Assembly (NCBI GenBank): GCA_043228905.1
Contig: JBHGNT010000009.1
Span: forward strand, 6,696,001-6,760,000
Source: Azolla caroliniana
Taxonomy: Eukaryota; Plantae; Polypodiophyta
Direction of reading: 5' to 3'
Length of the DNA: 64,000 nucleotides
Every line of letters starts with the position of its first letter. The first letter of the stretch is position 1. Positions 1 through 14,463 of the stretch are shown piece after piece. The position numbers were made by a program, and so were the translations under genes. The notes under the pieces were generated by a model. It was not told where the DNA came from and did no database searches. It worked only from the letters and a program-made list of their open reading frames with translations.

Positions 1-1206
1 GAATGATAATTATTGTATGATGCTCACGGCTTACAAAGCAAAATATCTCTTTGCAAAAAATCATTTAAAAACAATGGTCACATTCATAAATATAATAATA
101 ATAACAAACAAACATAAACCTCATAAGTAAACACATAATGTACAGTTGGTTGAGCACAAATTCTTCAAGGGCCGAATTTAACAAACCCACAACGTGCTCT
201 CAAACTTTGCATAATTATGATTGAATGGTGAGCAAGAATTTGAATCCAAATTGGACAACCTATGGTGTCTGCGTTTGGCAAACATAGAACTCGACACAAC
301 TATGTGTCCCCCCTCTGAGAAACATGGCACCCTTACTTAATACCAACCATACTTCCTAGCAACTAATCGGTTACCCATATTTTCATCGCCAATCACTAGT
401 ATTGAACAACCATCATCATTTGCTTGACATGTTGCCACTACCTCTTCAATTATTCCACAACCAATTATTGCAAAACTATCAATGACTAACTAAAGGGTGG
501 GTAGAGGCCTCTTTTAATATATAGACGACACATCTAGGATGGGTGTCTATCTCTTATGTTACAAACCTATCCCATGCTCCAAACCTTAAGAAGTCTAGTA
601 TATGGTAATGGCTTTGCCTTTGGGAGTTTGAAGCAATTTGGAACTTCCACATGTAGCCTTTTAATGCCAATAATGAACCCTGGCATTTGCATTAATGCTC
701 CTCCTCACACCATGGTTTATGAAAACCAAAAGTTAACCTTAAAATTCAAGGTTTTTTAGTATGTGTGGAATGGAGGGAAACTCACTAGTAGGAAGTGGAA
801 GTCTTTGGAAGTGAGTAATGGTGCATGATTCCCTCCCCTTCAAGAAGTGGACCTTAGGAAAAGGTAAAGTTAGAAAGAGAAACACTCACTAGATTCTTTA
901 TAGCTTTCCAATATCATCATTTTCAACGAGATATATCCACAATGCTATCACATTGATCCAAACTTCCAACTCAAAAATGATCAAAAGACTCATGCAGGGT
1001 AGCCCAAATCAACCAAATTGGCCATGCTTTACTAAGCATATAAGCTAATTTGGAGCCATCACATCTCTTGTACTATGCACATTACCTAAGTGGGTTCTTT
1101 CACCCAAATTGGGGTGCATACCCTGAAGTATTTATGTATATGTAACCTTATGAATTGAGCCCATATCATAAACATTTTTCACCATACAGTTGTGTTTTCT
1201 TCCAAA

Positions 1207-4200
1207 ATGCATTTTAGCTACACCTCATTCACATGGTTCCTCATGATTATCATTGTTCTCTCGTGGTCTCTCGAACAAGTTCTTGTTCGGAGCCAAGGCC
1301 ATAGTGCCAGCCCGAAACCCCACAATGCGAACCCCAAAATCATCATCATTGGTGCTGGCATGTCAGGTAAATGCAACCATCATATTAACATCAAATTAGT
1401 TATTTCTGGAAAATCATTAATCTCACATAATTGGTCACCCTAAATGCTCTTTAGACATTAAATCTCAATTCTATGTCTTCTCAAAGTTTTTTAATGCTCT
1501 TTTCTTTCTTTCTCTCTTTTTTGGCTTATTTGTAGGAATAATGGCAGCTTCCACTCTCTCCAAGCATGGCTTCCATGATTTCTTAATCTTGGAAGCGACC
1601 GGCCGGATCGGTGGCCGTATGCACGAGAAAGAATTCGAGGGCTACATGGTCGAGCTCGGGGCGAATTGGGTGGAAGGTGTCGGCGGAGGGAAGGAGAACC
1701 CAATATGGACCCTTGCTAACCAGCACAACTTAACTGTTTCTTACTCCGATTTCGACAACATTTCGGCTAACACCTATGATCAAGAGTGAATACCTTGACA
1801 CCAAATCATAAATCATCTAGCACAATGACATAATAGATACATACACACACACATACATACAAATACATAAATACATACATACACACACACCCACACATAC
1901 ATACATACATACATACATACATACATACATACATACAAATAGATTCACACTTTGGTTATGTACATATTGCACCATGTGTATGATATATGCATTTGGATGT
2001 CTAGCTAATTTGATTGGCTCATAATGCTCAAAAAATGCAGTGGACATCTTCTTCCTCTATTAGAGGCACAAGCGAGGTTCGATCTTGCTGCGGCTTGTTC
2101 TAATTTCAGTAATGAATTGAGCATCTCGACAGTTTCGAATGGTGAAGAGGATATTTCCATATTAACTTCCCAACGTTTGTTCGGATTGTAAGATTTCCTT
2201 CCCATGGTTTCTAATTAATCGGAATGTATAGTTTGTCACGGTAAATTTTATGATACCAAAATGCTCACAAATTTATATACCCAGTGTTCAATGATTATGT
2301 TTCTTTAAAACATTTCAAGCAGAGTTTCCGAACCCGATACCACATTATGTAGGAGCATATTCAAAAGCATGTGTATAATAACAACACCTTATTCAAAAAA
2401 GTATGAATAGGGAAATATTTCTATTGGATTAACATTATTGTTACCTTGGAATAATTAGCACACGCTTATAATTTGAGTAAGATTGAATACATGAATCATA
2501 ACATAGGTTTGAACTTGCAGTGTCCCTACAACTCCATTAGACATGGCAATAGATTATGCCACCTATGACTTCGAGATTGCAGGTGAGATCCAACACATTT
2601 TCTTATACAATAATAGGGCCCCACTTTCATTTTCTTATTGTGAGAAGATTCTGATCCAACACATTTTCTTATACAATAATAGGGCCCCACTTTCATTTTC
2701 TTATTGTGAGAAGATTCTCTCAAATACAATAATAGGGCCCCACTTTCATTTTCTTATTGTGAGAAGATTCTCTCAAATACAATAATAGGGCCCGACTTTC
2801 ATTTTCTTATATTTGCTTAACATAAGAAGCCCAATTGGGTGTCACTTGGAATTATAGAACCTCCTAGGATCACAAGCTTGAAGAATGTGATACCAAACCC
2901 GACATTTGAATATTACGGATATGATGAATACTTCGTTGCTGACAAAAGGGGTTATGTGTACCTATTGCATCAATTGGCTAAAAATTTCTTGAAACATGAT
3001 GATGGAAACATCATTGATTCAAGGTTAAAACTCAACAAGGTAATGGCACTATCATTAGCCTTCATAAATCTTAATTTAAGGTTGTTCCTACTTATAGTCA
3101 TGCACATGATACATCTACTTATGCTACCTATTCATTCTATATTAAGGTGGTCAACTATATTGAGTATTCTTCGAGTGGTGTTATAGTGAAAACCGAAGAT
3201 AACTCCACGTACACATCAATGTATGTGATTATATCGGTTAGCCTTGGTGTTTTAAAGAGCCAACTTATCGACTACAAGCCTGACCTACCGGTAAGCATTT
3301 TGGAAACCTAATACTACTAGTTTCTCAACCTATGTTTTCTTTAAAGATACTTAAATCTAGTGAAAATCTTTTCATGAGTTCGATATGCTAAATTTCATCT
3401 TTGAGCATTACAACACACCATATTTCCATGGTCCGTCCACATTCACAATATTTTAATCTACATGACAATATCTCAAAGGCTTACAAACTTTTTATTGCTT
3501 CTATACTAGTATTGGAAGATCAAAACATTTTACCAATTTGACATGTCCATCTACACCAAGATATTTTTGAAGTTTCCCTACACATTTTGGCCAGTTGGAC
3601 CTGGCACTGAATTCTTCCTTTATGCTGATGCGAAAAGGGGTTATTATCCCATCTGGCAGGTATGATCATCCTTTCTCTATCACAATGAGTTTTTTTGTTC
3701 TCGTTTTATTTCTATTTAGCTTATTGAGAATTTTGGTCCTTTTTTTGTTCCCTTTTTCACTCTTTTACATCAACCATTTCTTTTAACAAAAAAAAAGTGT
3801 ATTCACTTGGATAGTGTTGTTCCATCTACTACAAAAGTGTGAGGATTTTATGGCAAGCCCTCTAAGGTGTGTCCCAGTTGTTCTAAGTCTAGCCAATCAA
3901 AATCTCTCTCTTCAAACTCTCCCCATTGAAGTCAAACAAAGGTTTGACATATCAAATCATGGTAATTCACTTCTCGTTATATAAGATGAAGGTTTGGGTA
4001 AAAAGCATAATCCCCTCTTTAGATGGAAAAAGATTTTCTTGGGCAATATAGAAGATGTTGTTACAAAATGAAGCCACACCATACTTACTAATGGTCCTTG
4101 ATACGGGGCTAACACCCATCAAACTATCAAACTAGAGGGTTCATTGAAAGTCTACAAGTGCATTAGTACTAAATTATATGAGATAGAAGCACCTCAACTA

Positions 4201-6922
4201 CCAATCCAACTATGCATCTATTGGCCATGGCATGAATATTACTACATGCACACCAAACTCATACAACGTCACCAAGTCTCAAACACATTAAAATCTACCT
4301 CTTGCCAAATATATATGTTTTTTAGAGAAATATTGAAGCAACCTTAAGAAAAATATATGGATGAATCCATATACTAGACCCTTTGCTCAATAGAAGAGAC
4401 TCTTGTAATGCTTTTTTTTGAAGTCAATTGGTCCTAGCTTTGGCCTTTTTTAGGACGGCATATCATCATCATAATGTAAAAATTGTTTTTCAGCATTTGG
4501 ATAAGGAATATCCAGGATCAAACCTCATGTTCGTGACAATAACAGACGATGAATCCAGACGGATTGAGCAACAACCAGACGAAACAACAAAAGCAGAGAT
4601 CGTGGAGGTGTTGAGAAAGATGTTTGGAGAAGACATTCCAGAACCTGAAGCCATTCTAGTTCCACGATGGGGTCAAGATCGATTCACGGGAGGAAGTTAC
4701 ATGAATTGGCCAATCGGAGTCTCCAAGATTGATTTTGATCGAATGAAGGCATGTTATCTCCTAACCTTTCTTCTTCTTCTCATAGATATCTTTGTTTAGG
4801 GTTTAGATTTAGCGAGTAAAGAGGGCATATCATTGAATGATCTTTGTTTGTAGTATGAAAAGGTGATGAAATGAATGTTGAGAGTTTAACTTTTCGTGCT
4901 TTTATTTATTTATGAGTGTGTGAAACTAAAGTTTAATGATTTTATTTGTTTACCAAAAAGGTAATGAATTTAATATTAGTTTTCAATGTAGGTTTTTATT
5001 TTTTTGTATTTTTTTCAAAGGTGGTAAAATTTATTAAGAAGAAAAGAAAAAGTTCACGTGCCAAGGCCCCTACAAAAAGAATAGAACACACTTGAATGGC
5101 TTTATGTTAAGGTGAGCCAAGTTGGTCTAAGTGGTTCTAGCTTCATAGGCCCCTACAAAAAGAATAGAACACACTTGAATGGCTTTATGTTAAGGTGAGC
5201 CAAGTTGGTCTAAGTGGTTCTAGCTTCATGTGATCCTTGTCTGTCAAAATTTTCTATATTGACCTCGATTTTGACGAGACACCCCTTCCCCATCATGTCC
5301 CAATTCCAACCACAATCTTTTTATAAGAACAATGATTAAACGAACCATCTATGTTCAAGTATCAAGACAAATTTGTTAAACATTTACCATGTACATAACG
5401 TTGATGCTTTATAAAGGAATTGAACAAATTCGTAGGATGTCTATCTTGGTTTAATGATCATAAGCATAAGTTTTTTTTATCACTCTCGAGTCTCTAGATG
5501 TCTTCAATCCCTCATTCATTCATTCATTCATTCATGTGGGTGCTGCTTGTCGTCATCCTTCTATATCCTTCACTTTACTTTAGTAGAACCTCACATTTCT
5601 TTACTCCATGTTATCTCGTATCTTGTACTGGAGATAGGAGATATCCTCGCAATGAGAATTCATGTAAACCATAACCTTTAGCCAACAATACATCATAGTA
5701 TACATTTCATGGTTGAAATCAACTTATCCTTAGCAATCCTCTAGCACTCAAGAAATAGTGATTGGTATCTTATGTCATTCCACATGGAGGCAGTGAACAT
5801 TTAGGCATAAGTTTAACAATAACATTTTCTATTATAAGATGATGTTGGGTGCGATATATTTGAAGGTTTGGTGAAGAGTAAAGTATTCAATATGTTTTTC
5901 TAAGTCATTACCATGTTAGTACGATTTCATGTTTAATCTTTGTTTATGGTTAGGATTTACTGTTTTAACACTAATGATATTTATATCCCTCTCCAGGCAC
6001 CGGTCGGTCCCTTGTATTTCACTGGTGAACATACAAGTGCACCATTTAATGGCTATGTACATGGCGCTTATCTTGCAGGTAATATCTTGTGTTTTCAATC
6101 AATTGGGCTTGAGAACAACAATCTATATGCATTATTATAATATCTATGATTTCAATTTAATAGTTCTTTGGTAGTCTACCTTATTTATCAAATAACATCA
6201 AAATGTCTTGAAATGCATGTACATAATAGGCATTGCAACAGCTGAAACTCTTATTGATTGTATTCAACGAGGACATTGTGATGAAATAACGCCAGATGTG
6301 GTGCCTTGGGTTGATAATGTAAGGAATGAAACGATTGGAAATTGTACCGGTACATGTTGTGTGGAGATCCAAAAGGTAAAAAAGTTCAATTTTTATATCT
6401 TAGATGTTGTCATGTTCTTTTGAATACTACAAAATCAAACTTATTTTTTTGGGTTAAAAGATGATCATATCAATCTTAATTTACTTTAGTCAAATAAAGC
6501 ATGTATGTTCATATCAAGGTCACCACATTGTAACAAACACCATAAAGCTATGTACTAATATATAGAATAAAACAAGAAGACATTGCATGCAAAGCTTAAC
6601 AAAACTCAATGGTGTGTTGCCTCTTCTAATGCGAAAACATAATAATGAATTAACTTTCACAAACCATTTCAAGGAAGAGGAGAATTAGAAGACGCAAAAT
6701 ATTGGAGAATTAGTGTCAAGAGCTATAAATGTTGTATGGAGTTCACACTCATGAGCAATGTGGACATGCCAATGTTTTTGTTCAATTATGTTCTCAATCT
6801 CGTACATTGTTTTGGATTAATTGGTTTTGATTTTGTAGGAGCGCGAGTCTCTTCGACAAGTTTACATAAATACAATCAGTGTTCTCCAACATCATCTCAC
6901 TAAGAGATGTAATTCTACATAA
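1207..6922 (+). CDS. PAO: Polyamine oxidase (FAD-dependent amine oxidase, maize PAO1-like), 11 exons, ~553 aa, predicted N-terminal signal peptide
   Basis: Exons read by eye: 1207-1366, 1536-1785, 2041-2187, 2521-2582, 2858-3039, 3147-3290, 3510-3659, 4494-4748, 5997-6078, 6230-6375, 6839-6922 (1662 nt, phases consistent). Motifs: IIIGAGMSG (FAD), ILEATGRIGGR, VELGANWVEGV, EPPRITSL, YTKIFLKFP, TDDESRRIEQQ, APVGPLYFTGEHTS, GYVHGAYLAG. Intron 8 needs a GC donor. The last exon is less certain (alternative: read-through to the stop at 6423). Confidence 0.93.
1837..1937. repeat. (TACA)n/(CA)n compound microsatellite in PAO intron 2
   Basis: Directly visible acatacatacat... run. Confidence 0.9.
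2587..2810. repeat. Tandem repeat (~66 bp unit followed by shortened units) filling PAO intron 4
   Basis: Four copies of atacaataatagggcccc(a/g)actttcattttctta; the first three continue ttgtgagaagattct. Confidence 0.9.
5064..5229. repeat. 83-bp tandem duplication in PAO intron 8
   Basis: aggcccctacaaaaagaatagaacacac...ctagcttcat at 5064-5146 and 5147-5229. Confidence 0.9.
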
Positions 6923-6952
6923 AGAAATTGGGAAAAAATCTTTTCAAATATG

Positions 6953-6958
6953 AATAAA
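6953..6958 (+). terminator. Candidate polyadenylation signal of PAO
   Basis: AATAAA 30 nt after the TAA of exon 11, followed by T-rich sequence. Confidence 0.4.
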
Positions 6959-7902
6959 AAAAATCGATTTTGCTTTGTGTATGTGTCCATTTACATAGTT
7001 GTACTAGCTCAAATTTATCATTTTTTGTAGCCTTGTGAGGTCATTTCACATCATTTTTTGATTTTAATATTCTGTATGTTGGTTTCAAGTTCTCTCAATT
7101 TCTTTTATTTTCTTTCTAATTAGAGTGCTCTTGAAGGAGTTCTCCCTAGCAATTCCTTTTAGAAGGTGATGTTATTTTCTAGAAGGTTATAATTAGCAAA
7201 ATTATTCATTTGAATACTTTGTAGAGAGACACTCTTGAATGCCCATATGTTTTCGTTATAGTTCTTGAATCCCTCTTGTCCACGTCCAAAGAGCCTGCTT
7301 CAAGAAATATAAGGGTATTTGAAGGTATTTTGTTACTTTGTATAACAAATGTGAGGTCAAACCCATTCATCAAGAAACTCTAAATTTCAAGGTTAAGAAG
7401 TACTAGCTTTACAAGTCTTAAACTTAAAATTAATAATGTGAACATTGATTAGTTCCTTAATCTATAACGACACATCTTTTCAATGGAAGGTGGGTATGTC
7501 AAAAGCATCTATATAGCATATATAAATATTAAAGATAATGCATTAAAAGTGGTTGTAGCATGTTCTAAAGAATCTTTTGCCCCTTCTATCACTAGTTGTC
7601 TAGAATCTAGATATTTGATATCACAATATCTATAAGACTATAACAAGAATCTTGTTTATTGTTGTCGAGTATATATAAGGAAGAGATGTGGAACGTACCA
7701 TTGGGCCATCACATAGTGTGGACTGTTTTTCAATAATGATAGCAATCATGAGCGATTGCATTTCCATGTGAACTTCTCCTTGAGAGGACGATTAATTTCT
7801 GTAGATATAAAAAATATATAAAATGTCGCTCATATTAATGGTGATATCAAAACGACCCATCACAATTCATTTGTGAGGGTGGCATAACTTCATCTAGAGA
7901 TC

Positions 7903-9837
7903 CCCCTGATGGCAGACAACCCGTTTGTTGCCGCCAGAGTGTCATGGCATTGGTTAACACAACCGCGGGCCAAAGGGGGGATTGGCCTCATAGACCCCTT
8001 AATGCAGAGCCGAGCATTGCTAGCCAAAATGGTGGTTCGATGCCTCTTGCCAGGTAAGGGGTGCTGGAAGGTACTACTTCGCAATAGGCTGCAAGCAGGG
8101 ACACCCAAGTATGGTAGGCCTTGGCCGGATTCCTTGAATTGGTGTTGCACGAGTGGAGTCCCTCCCAAGTTGGCTTGTCAACCAGAGGAGAGGGTCACGA
8201 ACTCCATCTTGCGGGCATGGTGTCACGTAAGACGTCATTTGGTCAAGCACACGCCAGAGACACTAGTCGAGTGGGCTAGATAGCCATTATTTTGGAACCC
8301 TCAAGTGCGGTCAAGTGGTGACATGATGTTAGGGCAGCTTAAGGGCCTAGCCTGGGGAAAGTTGGCGCAAACAGGGCTCCTCTCTATAGATGATTGGAGA
8401 CGCACGGTGGCTTCAGGAGGGGACTAGGAGGTCCCTTTCCCTCCCCTCAAGGGAGCCATGAAAATGCGGAGATTGATAGCTGAGGCACTTGATAGGGTCT
8501 CGATGGGGGAGGTGAGAGAAGATACATGGTTCGGTCTCTTTGATGAGACTGGTGTGGTTAAGTTGCTGAAGGGTGTGAGTGGATCGGGACGAGATACAAT
8601 TTTTGGGGAGAGGCAGAGTAGGGGCTCTTGGCACCCAATCCGCATGGTGGTGCAGGTTGGTAACATCTGGAAAACAGACCCGGATGTTGCTAAGGTGGAA
8701 CCCCATTGGAAGTTATGGGTATATGGTGGCTATCCCCTCATCGAGCTAGAATGGGACCCAGGGGATTTCAGGTGGAACCAGGATGGCAGACTTCGCCATT
8801 TCTTCGAGTACAACACTAAATTGGGTCAGACTTTACAATTGCAACTAGATGGCCCCTTACGCAATGGTTGGCGTACATTGGGCATCCCTGATGAGGTTCT
8901 CATTACTTTTTGGAAAGGTCTCTAGCGTCTCCACATGCCTGAAAAGGTCAAGTTCTTTTGGTGGCAGATCAGTCATAATGTGGTTCCCATTGGCGAATGG
9001 TTAGGTAAACGTGGCGGCCCGTTAGGCTGCCCACTCTGCCCTTCACCTATTGAGACTCTGAGGCACTGTCTATGGGATTGCTCTCAAGCTCAAAAGGTAT
9101 GGGATAGAGTGACTCGCCTCCTTGTGGCTTGTGAAGTGGAAGGAACCGCATCGTGGAGTACTGCGGCATGGATTGATCACTCCGACGATAGGTGGACGGA
9201 CGCCTTCAATGCGGATAGCTGGTGCTATGTATGCATTGGAGGCAAAATCGCCAAGATTCGTTATGGATGAGGCTTGCAGTCCGCATCCCCTAGGTTCTCG
9301 GAAATTTGGATGTTGATCGCAGGCTTCACCATGTGGTATATATGGAAAGTGCGTTGCCTGAAGGTTTTTTAGGATCTGGTGCGACCCCCGGAGGAAGTGA
9401 TCATGGACATATGGTTTGCTCTTATCAGCTGCCTACAAGGGCAGTTGGACGAGGTTTGCAGCCATTCCAATGATGTGGTCACTGCCCGTTTGCGCTTTTG
9501 GCAAAAATGGCGGAACACGCCTATGGTGACACAAGGAGGAAGTGGTCTGAGGTGGAACTACCAGCCCCCACGCTGGCTGTTTTCGAGTCACTTGCCACCC
9601 TCCCTGCGGTGTAGGCCCTAGGAGGTGTCTCGTACTAGCCAAAATTGACGGGCACCATTTTTAGCTATAGGTATCTGCTTATATTGAGTAGTCAACCCGT
9701 TATGCTAAGTAACTAATCTCATTTTCTTGTACTTGTTCGGAGGGAGATTTCCCGATTTGTATATAAGCCCCGTGTATAGTCTTTTTGTAATAATCCTTCC
9801 TAACTAATGGGAAAGTAGCTTCATTTTGGAAAAAAAA
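7903..9837 (+). mobile_element. 5'-truncated LINE (L1-like): post-RT ORF2 region with zf-RVT, 3' UTR and poly(A) tail
   Basis: TSD (aa)cttcatctagagatc at 7886-7902 and 9838-9854; A-tail at ~9830-9839; motifs W..LTQPRAKGGIGL and KVKFFWWQISHNVVP...CPLCPSPIETLRHCLWDC; in-frame stops; GC content above the flanks. Confidence 0.92.
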
Positions 9838-10949
9838 AACTTCATCTAGAGATCATGGAATGTCTTGTTGTAATTATATCTACTTCAAACCTCAACAAAC
9901 CAATACTCATCACACTTGGAAAGTGGAATATTTGTAAGCTATGGGTTGGATCAACAAGCTACTATTACACATGTCATGTTGATGAAAAGCTAGATTCACC
10001 AACGTGTAATGCAAATGAGCACAAAAATGCTCCTTTTCTTTCTCATCTAGTTTTTTCCCTCCCTTTATTTTAATACCCTTTGTCTCTACCTTAGTACTCC
10101 TTAAGACCAAATCACTTGCTTGAGATAATGACCATGGAAAGTGTTGTTAAATACTAGGCTAAGGTTAAAAAAATCCTCACATTGACGTCTTAGAATCATG
10201 TGGAAAGCAAGTGAAGCAATTATGAGACGTATCAAAGCAAAATTTTGATTCTTAAATGGATGTAGAATATGAAGATTTTTTTCTGAAGATTGGATGCAAT
10301 ATACTTGCATCATGATACATCTATAGATTCCTTTGTGCATGTGGTTTTTTAGCAAAGCCATTGTATGATGACTTTAGCAAGATGTGGAGTCTCATATTTC
10401 ACCTTACATTAGATATGTTGCACCAAACTACAACACTATTTTTCTTCTCCAAATGAGGAAACCATATGTTAAGTTTTACTTTTCATGAAAAAATATTCTC
10501 CATTGCTAAATATTTGGTTCAGCTTGAGCCTTGCCAAACCGACTCAAACCGGTTAATCCGATTAGGTCATTAAAATGTTTTTATTAAAAGTTAAAAACTG
10601 TTAGTATAGTCTTAGAAGTTTTGTTAACCTTCCTTTGGCTCTAGGGCATGCCTTTTGATGGGTAGTGAGCACCTCCTATTAAGCATGCTTCCCGGAGTCA
10701 TGATCTCAACTTCTCAAGCACTAAGCAACAAGCATCTTTTCTTTGAGGTGCAGCCTGTGAGGATGTCGTCTATTGACTCCTGAAGGCTCAATCTCAATCA
10801 ATTGGGAAACTGATTTCATTCATGATCAAACTCAATTATGTATCATGGAATTGTCTTTATAATGAAATGGAACAAATTTTGTTTGGGTGAAATCTTGTTG
10901 AATGCACAAAGTGAAAAAAGGAACTATCTAGAGAGATAGATAAATAGAT

Positions 10950-13900
10950 AGATAGATTATATTATTGTCTCCAAAGGTTAAATATGGCCTATGAGAATCA
11001 GAATTAATACTAAGGCCAAGTTCAACATATCATAAAACATCTTAACATGTGACTTGATGAAAGAAGAATGACAATGGATGTCAGGGCCGTATCCAAAGAC
11101 AAGTTTAAAAGGAAGAAAAGAATGAGAAGTAGACAATAAGAAAGGAATGAGAGAGAAATAAGATGTTGAAGATGTATTAGCAATGAGAACAAGGGTTACA
11201 AGAGTATGCCAAAGACTAGTGTTGAACCGGAATGGTTCATCAATACATCGTACATGTTTATATAGCATGCTTTGGATACATGCATGCTCACCACCTCATA
11301 GGCACGCATGGTCGCCATTAGGTATTCACAACTTTGGAGTCCAAAATGGATTTCACTTCATATTTCGGGCCTTCATCAAGCTCAATAGGAGGTGGAGGGG
11401 GAACAACGTGATCTGGAATAGAGTTTGACGCATAAGGTTCCGAGAGTGAGACATGGAACACTGGATGAAGATGCACATGAGGAGGGAGATCGTGATGAAA
11501 GGCAACTTCATTGATATGTTTAGTGATTAAATATGGACCAAGACGTTGATAATCCAACTTATTACAAGGCCTAATGGTCTTGACGTTACGTCGTAAGAGC
11601 CATACACGATCTCCAACTTGAAATTTGGGTTTTTTCGGTGATGAGTTGAGTCGATGGCGATCTGCAAATTTCTTATGTGTGACTTCAACATGATGTAAAT
11701 GATGAGAAAGAACAATATGAATTTCTTGGATATGACGTAGGTGATCCTCCACAACAAGGGTTTTTGAGATTTTTGGGTGGTCAAGCATTGTCCAACGGGG
11801 GTGAACGCCTGTGTTGGCAAAGAAGGGAGTAAGTTTGGTAGAAGAATGAACTGAATTATTGTAAGAAAACTCCGCAAAATATAAATAATCTACCCAATCA
11901 TCCTGCTGATAATGGATGATGAAGCAACGAAGGTATTGTTCCAAGGTTTGATTGGTACGTTTAGTTTGACCATTAGTCTCTGGATGATAGCTTGAAGAGA
12001 GTTTACAATTAATTTAGAGGAGCCCAAACAAGTGTTTCCAAAATGTCGAGATAAATTGTGGTCCTTGATCACTAATGATATCAGGAAGACCATGATGCCA
12101 AAACACTTCAGGCATAACCAAATCTGTTGTCTCTTGACTATTAATAGTCTTTGTGCATGGTAGAAAATGTGCCATCTTAGTGAACTGATATACAATAGTA
12201 TGGATGGAATCAAAACCTTTGGAAGATGGAAGATCAGTAATGAAATCCATAGATATAGACTTCGAGGGACCATCAGGAACTTGTAAGGGTTGGAATAAAC
12301 CACACAGTCGATGCTAGGACACTTGGACCGACAACATGCATCACAACTGCGAATGTAGTCCTCAACATAATTACAAAGATGCGGCCACCAATAATTTCTA
12401 GAAACTAATTCCAAAGTTTTGTGAACTCCAAAATGACCAGCCATTAGCATGTCATGGCAGTGTTGTAAAATAAGGGGTCGAGAACAGCCATTAGGGACGT
12501 AAAGTAAATTAATTCGAAAAAGTAAATTATCATACCAACTGAACTGATTATAAACTTTAAGAGAATTCATGGACCTTGAACAAGAAGCACGATTTGGAAT
12601 GATATGATTCAAGACATCTTGGGCAAAGTCATCTGATTCAAGATCAGTACGAATCGTACTAATAAGTATAGAGTCCATGGGTGTCTTAAAAACATTAGCG
12701 ACCATCACTTGTAAACAATCAGGACCAATGAGGATTTGCTTTTGATGATCAAAAGTAGGTTCCCCTAAATAGGGTGACATGTAGGAATGTCGAGATAGTG
12801 CATCTGCCTTTACCTGGTGTATTGCGGAGCAATACACGATCAAGAAATCAAAGCGTATAAGAAATTGTGCCCAACGAGCCTGTCGATGATTTAAGACTCG
12901 AGCATTTTGGAAGTATGTTAGGTTCTTGTGATATAATTATAGACAATGATTTGATGGGGAGAACCTTCCAAGAAGTGGCGCCAATGCTCAAAAGAGTCTG
13001 CAATAGCTAAAAGCTCTTTGTCGTGAATCTCATAATTAATTTCCGTAGCTTCAAATTTCCGCGAATGAAAAGCAACTGGATATAATAGCCCATTTTCTTT
13101 GGGTAGTGAGAGGACACTCCCCGAATGCAAAATCTGATGCATAAGCTTCCAAAATAAAAGGCTTGTCTTGGTCAGCATGGATCAAAATAGGAGCTGATGT
13201 GAACGTACGTTTTAAGCTTTCAAATGCCTTAGCTGCACTAGAATTCCATATGAATGGTTGGTTTTTATGTGTTAATTGTGTAAGAGGCAAAACCTTCTTT
13301 AAGTAGTTACTAATGAATTTGCAGTAAAAAATCGCAAATCCCAAGAAACACTGGACATCACGCACAAATTGTGGTGTTTCCCACTCTAGAAGTGTTTGCA
13401 CCTTTGCTGGATCCATAGATATTCCTTCTGATGATACTATGTACCCTAGGAATTCCACTTGGTTGAGATCAAAACTACATTTCTCGAGTTTAGCATAAAG
13501 ACCATATTCTTGTAATCATCGTAGAACTTGGCGTACATGTTCATCATGCTCGCCTTGAGTCTTGGAAAATATCAAGATATCGTCCAAATAAATGATGGTG
13601 AATATATCCAAGAAGTCTCGGAAAATATCATTGGCCATATGTTGAAAAACTGCAAGAGCATTTGTGAGACCGAAAGGCATAACTGTATGCTCAAAATGAC
13701 CATATCGAGTGTGAAATGTAGTAACTTTCCATTCCACCCAAACGAATTCGAACTAGATTATAAGCACCTCTAAGATTGATCTTTGTAAAGTATTTGGCTC
13801 CACTCAAGCGATCCAAAAGTGTTGGTATTAAAGGTAAGGCATACCTATTTTGAATTGTGATTTTGTTTAATCCTCGATAATCTACGACCAAACGAAGCGA

Positions 13901-14285
13901 TCCATCTTTCTTCTTGACAAAAAATATTGGTGTGCTAGCAGGAGATTTGGAATGACGAATAAATCCAATATCTAAATTTTCATCGATACAGTCGCGAAGA
14001 ACCTTGAGCTCTGTAGGTGATAAACTATAAATTGGTCTCCACGACAGATCTATTCCTAGTTGAAGATCAATAGGACAATCGTAAGGTCGATGTTCTAGGA
14101 GTCTAGCAGCTTTGTCCTTATTGAAGAAATCTTGGAAATTATTCTTGATACTTGGTTGGAAGTAAGGTACTCGACTTTTGTTGAGTTGGTGTTGGCATTG
14201 TTATTATTGTAAATATAAACATTTCTTTGCATAAGTTTTCTAGTGATATTGTTGAGATCCGATGGCACTCTAAAATTGGGTTATA
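10950..14285 (-). mobile_element. Decayed Ty3/gypsy chromovirus (Tcn1-like) no. 1: RT, RNase H, integrase, truncated chromodomain, LTR remnant
   Basis: [90 protein letters not shown]. Many frameshifts. 11205-11270 resembles the LTR segment at 14510-14585. Ends are approximate. Confidence 0.85.
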
Positions 14286-14289
14286 AGCA

Positions 14290-14332
<43 letters not shown>

Positions 14333-14427
14333 TGAAGTATATGATAGAGGTGAGGAAATTGGGTTTCGAACCCAAGACACAATGCTTGTACTGTTATTGA
14401 CTTACCACTAGGGTAAGCTAATTACGA

Positions 14428-14463
<36 letters not shown>

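Noticed and set aside
280-1000. Possible very old retroelement debris upstream of PAO, including ORF 556-759
   Set aside because: No diagnostic motif or termini could be supported.
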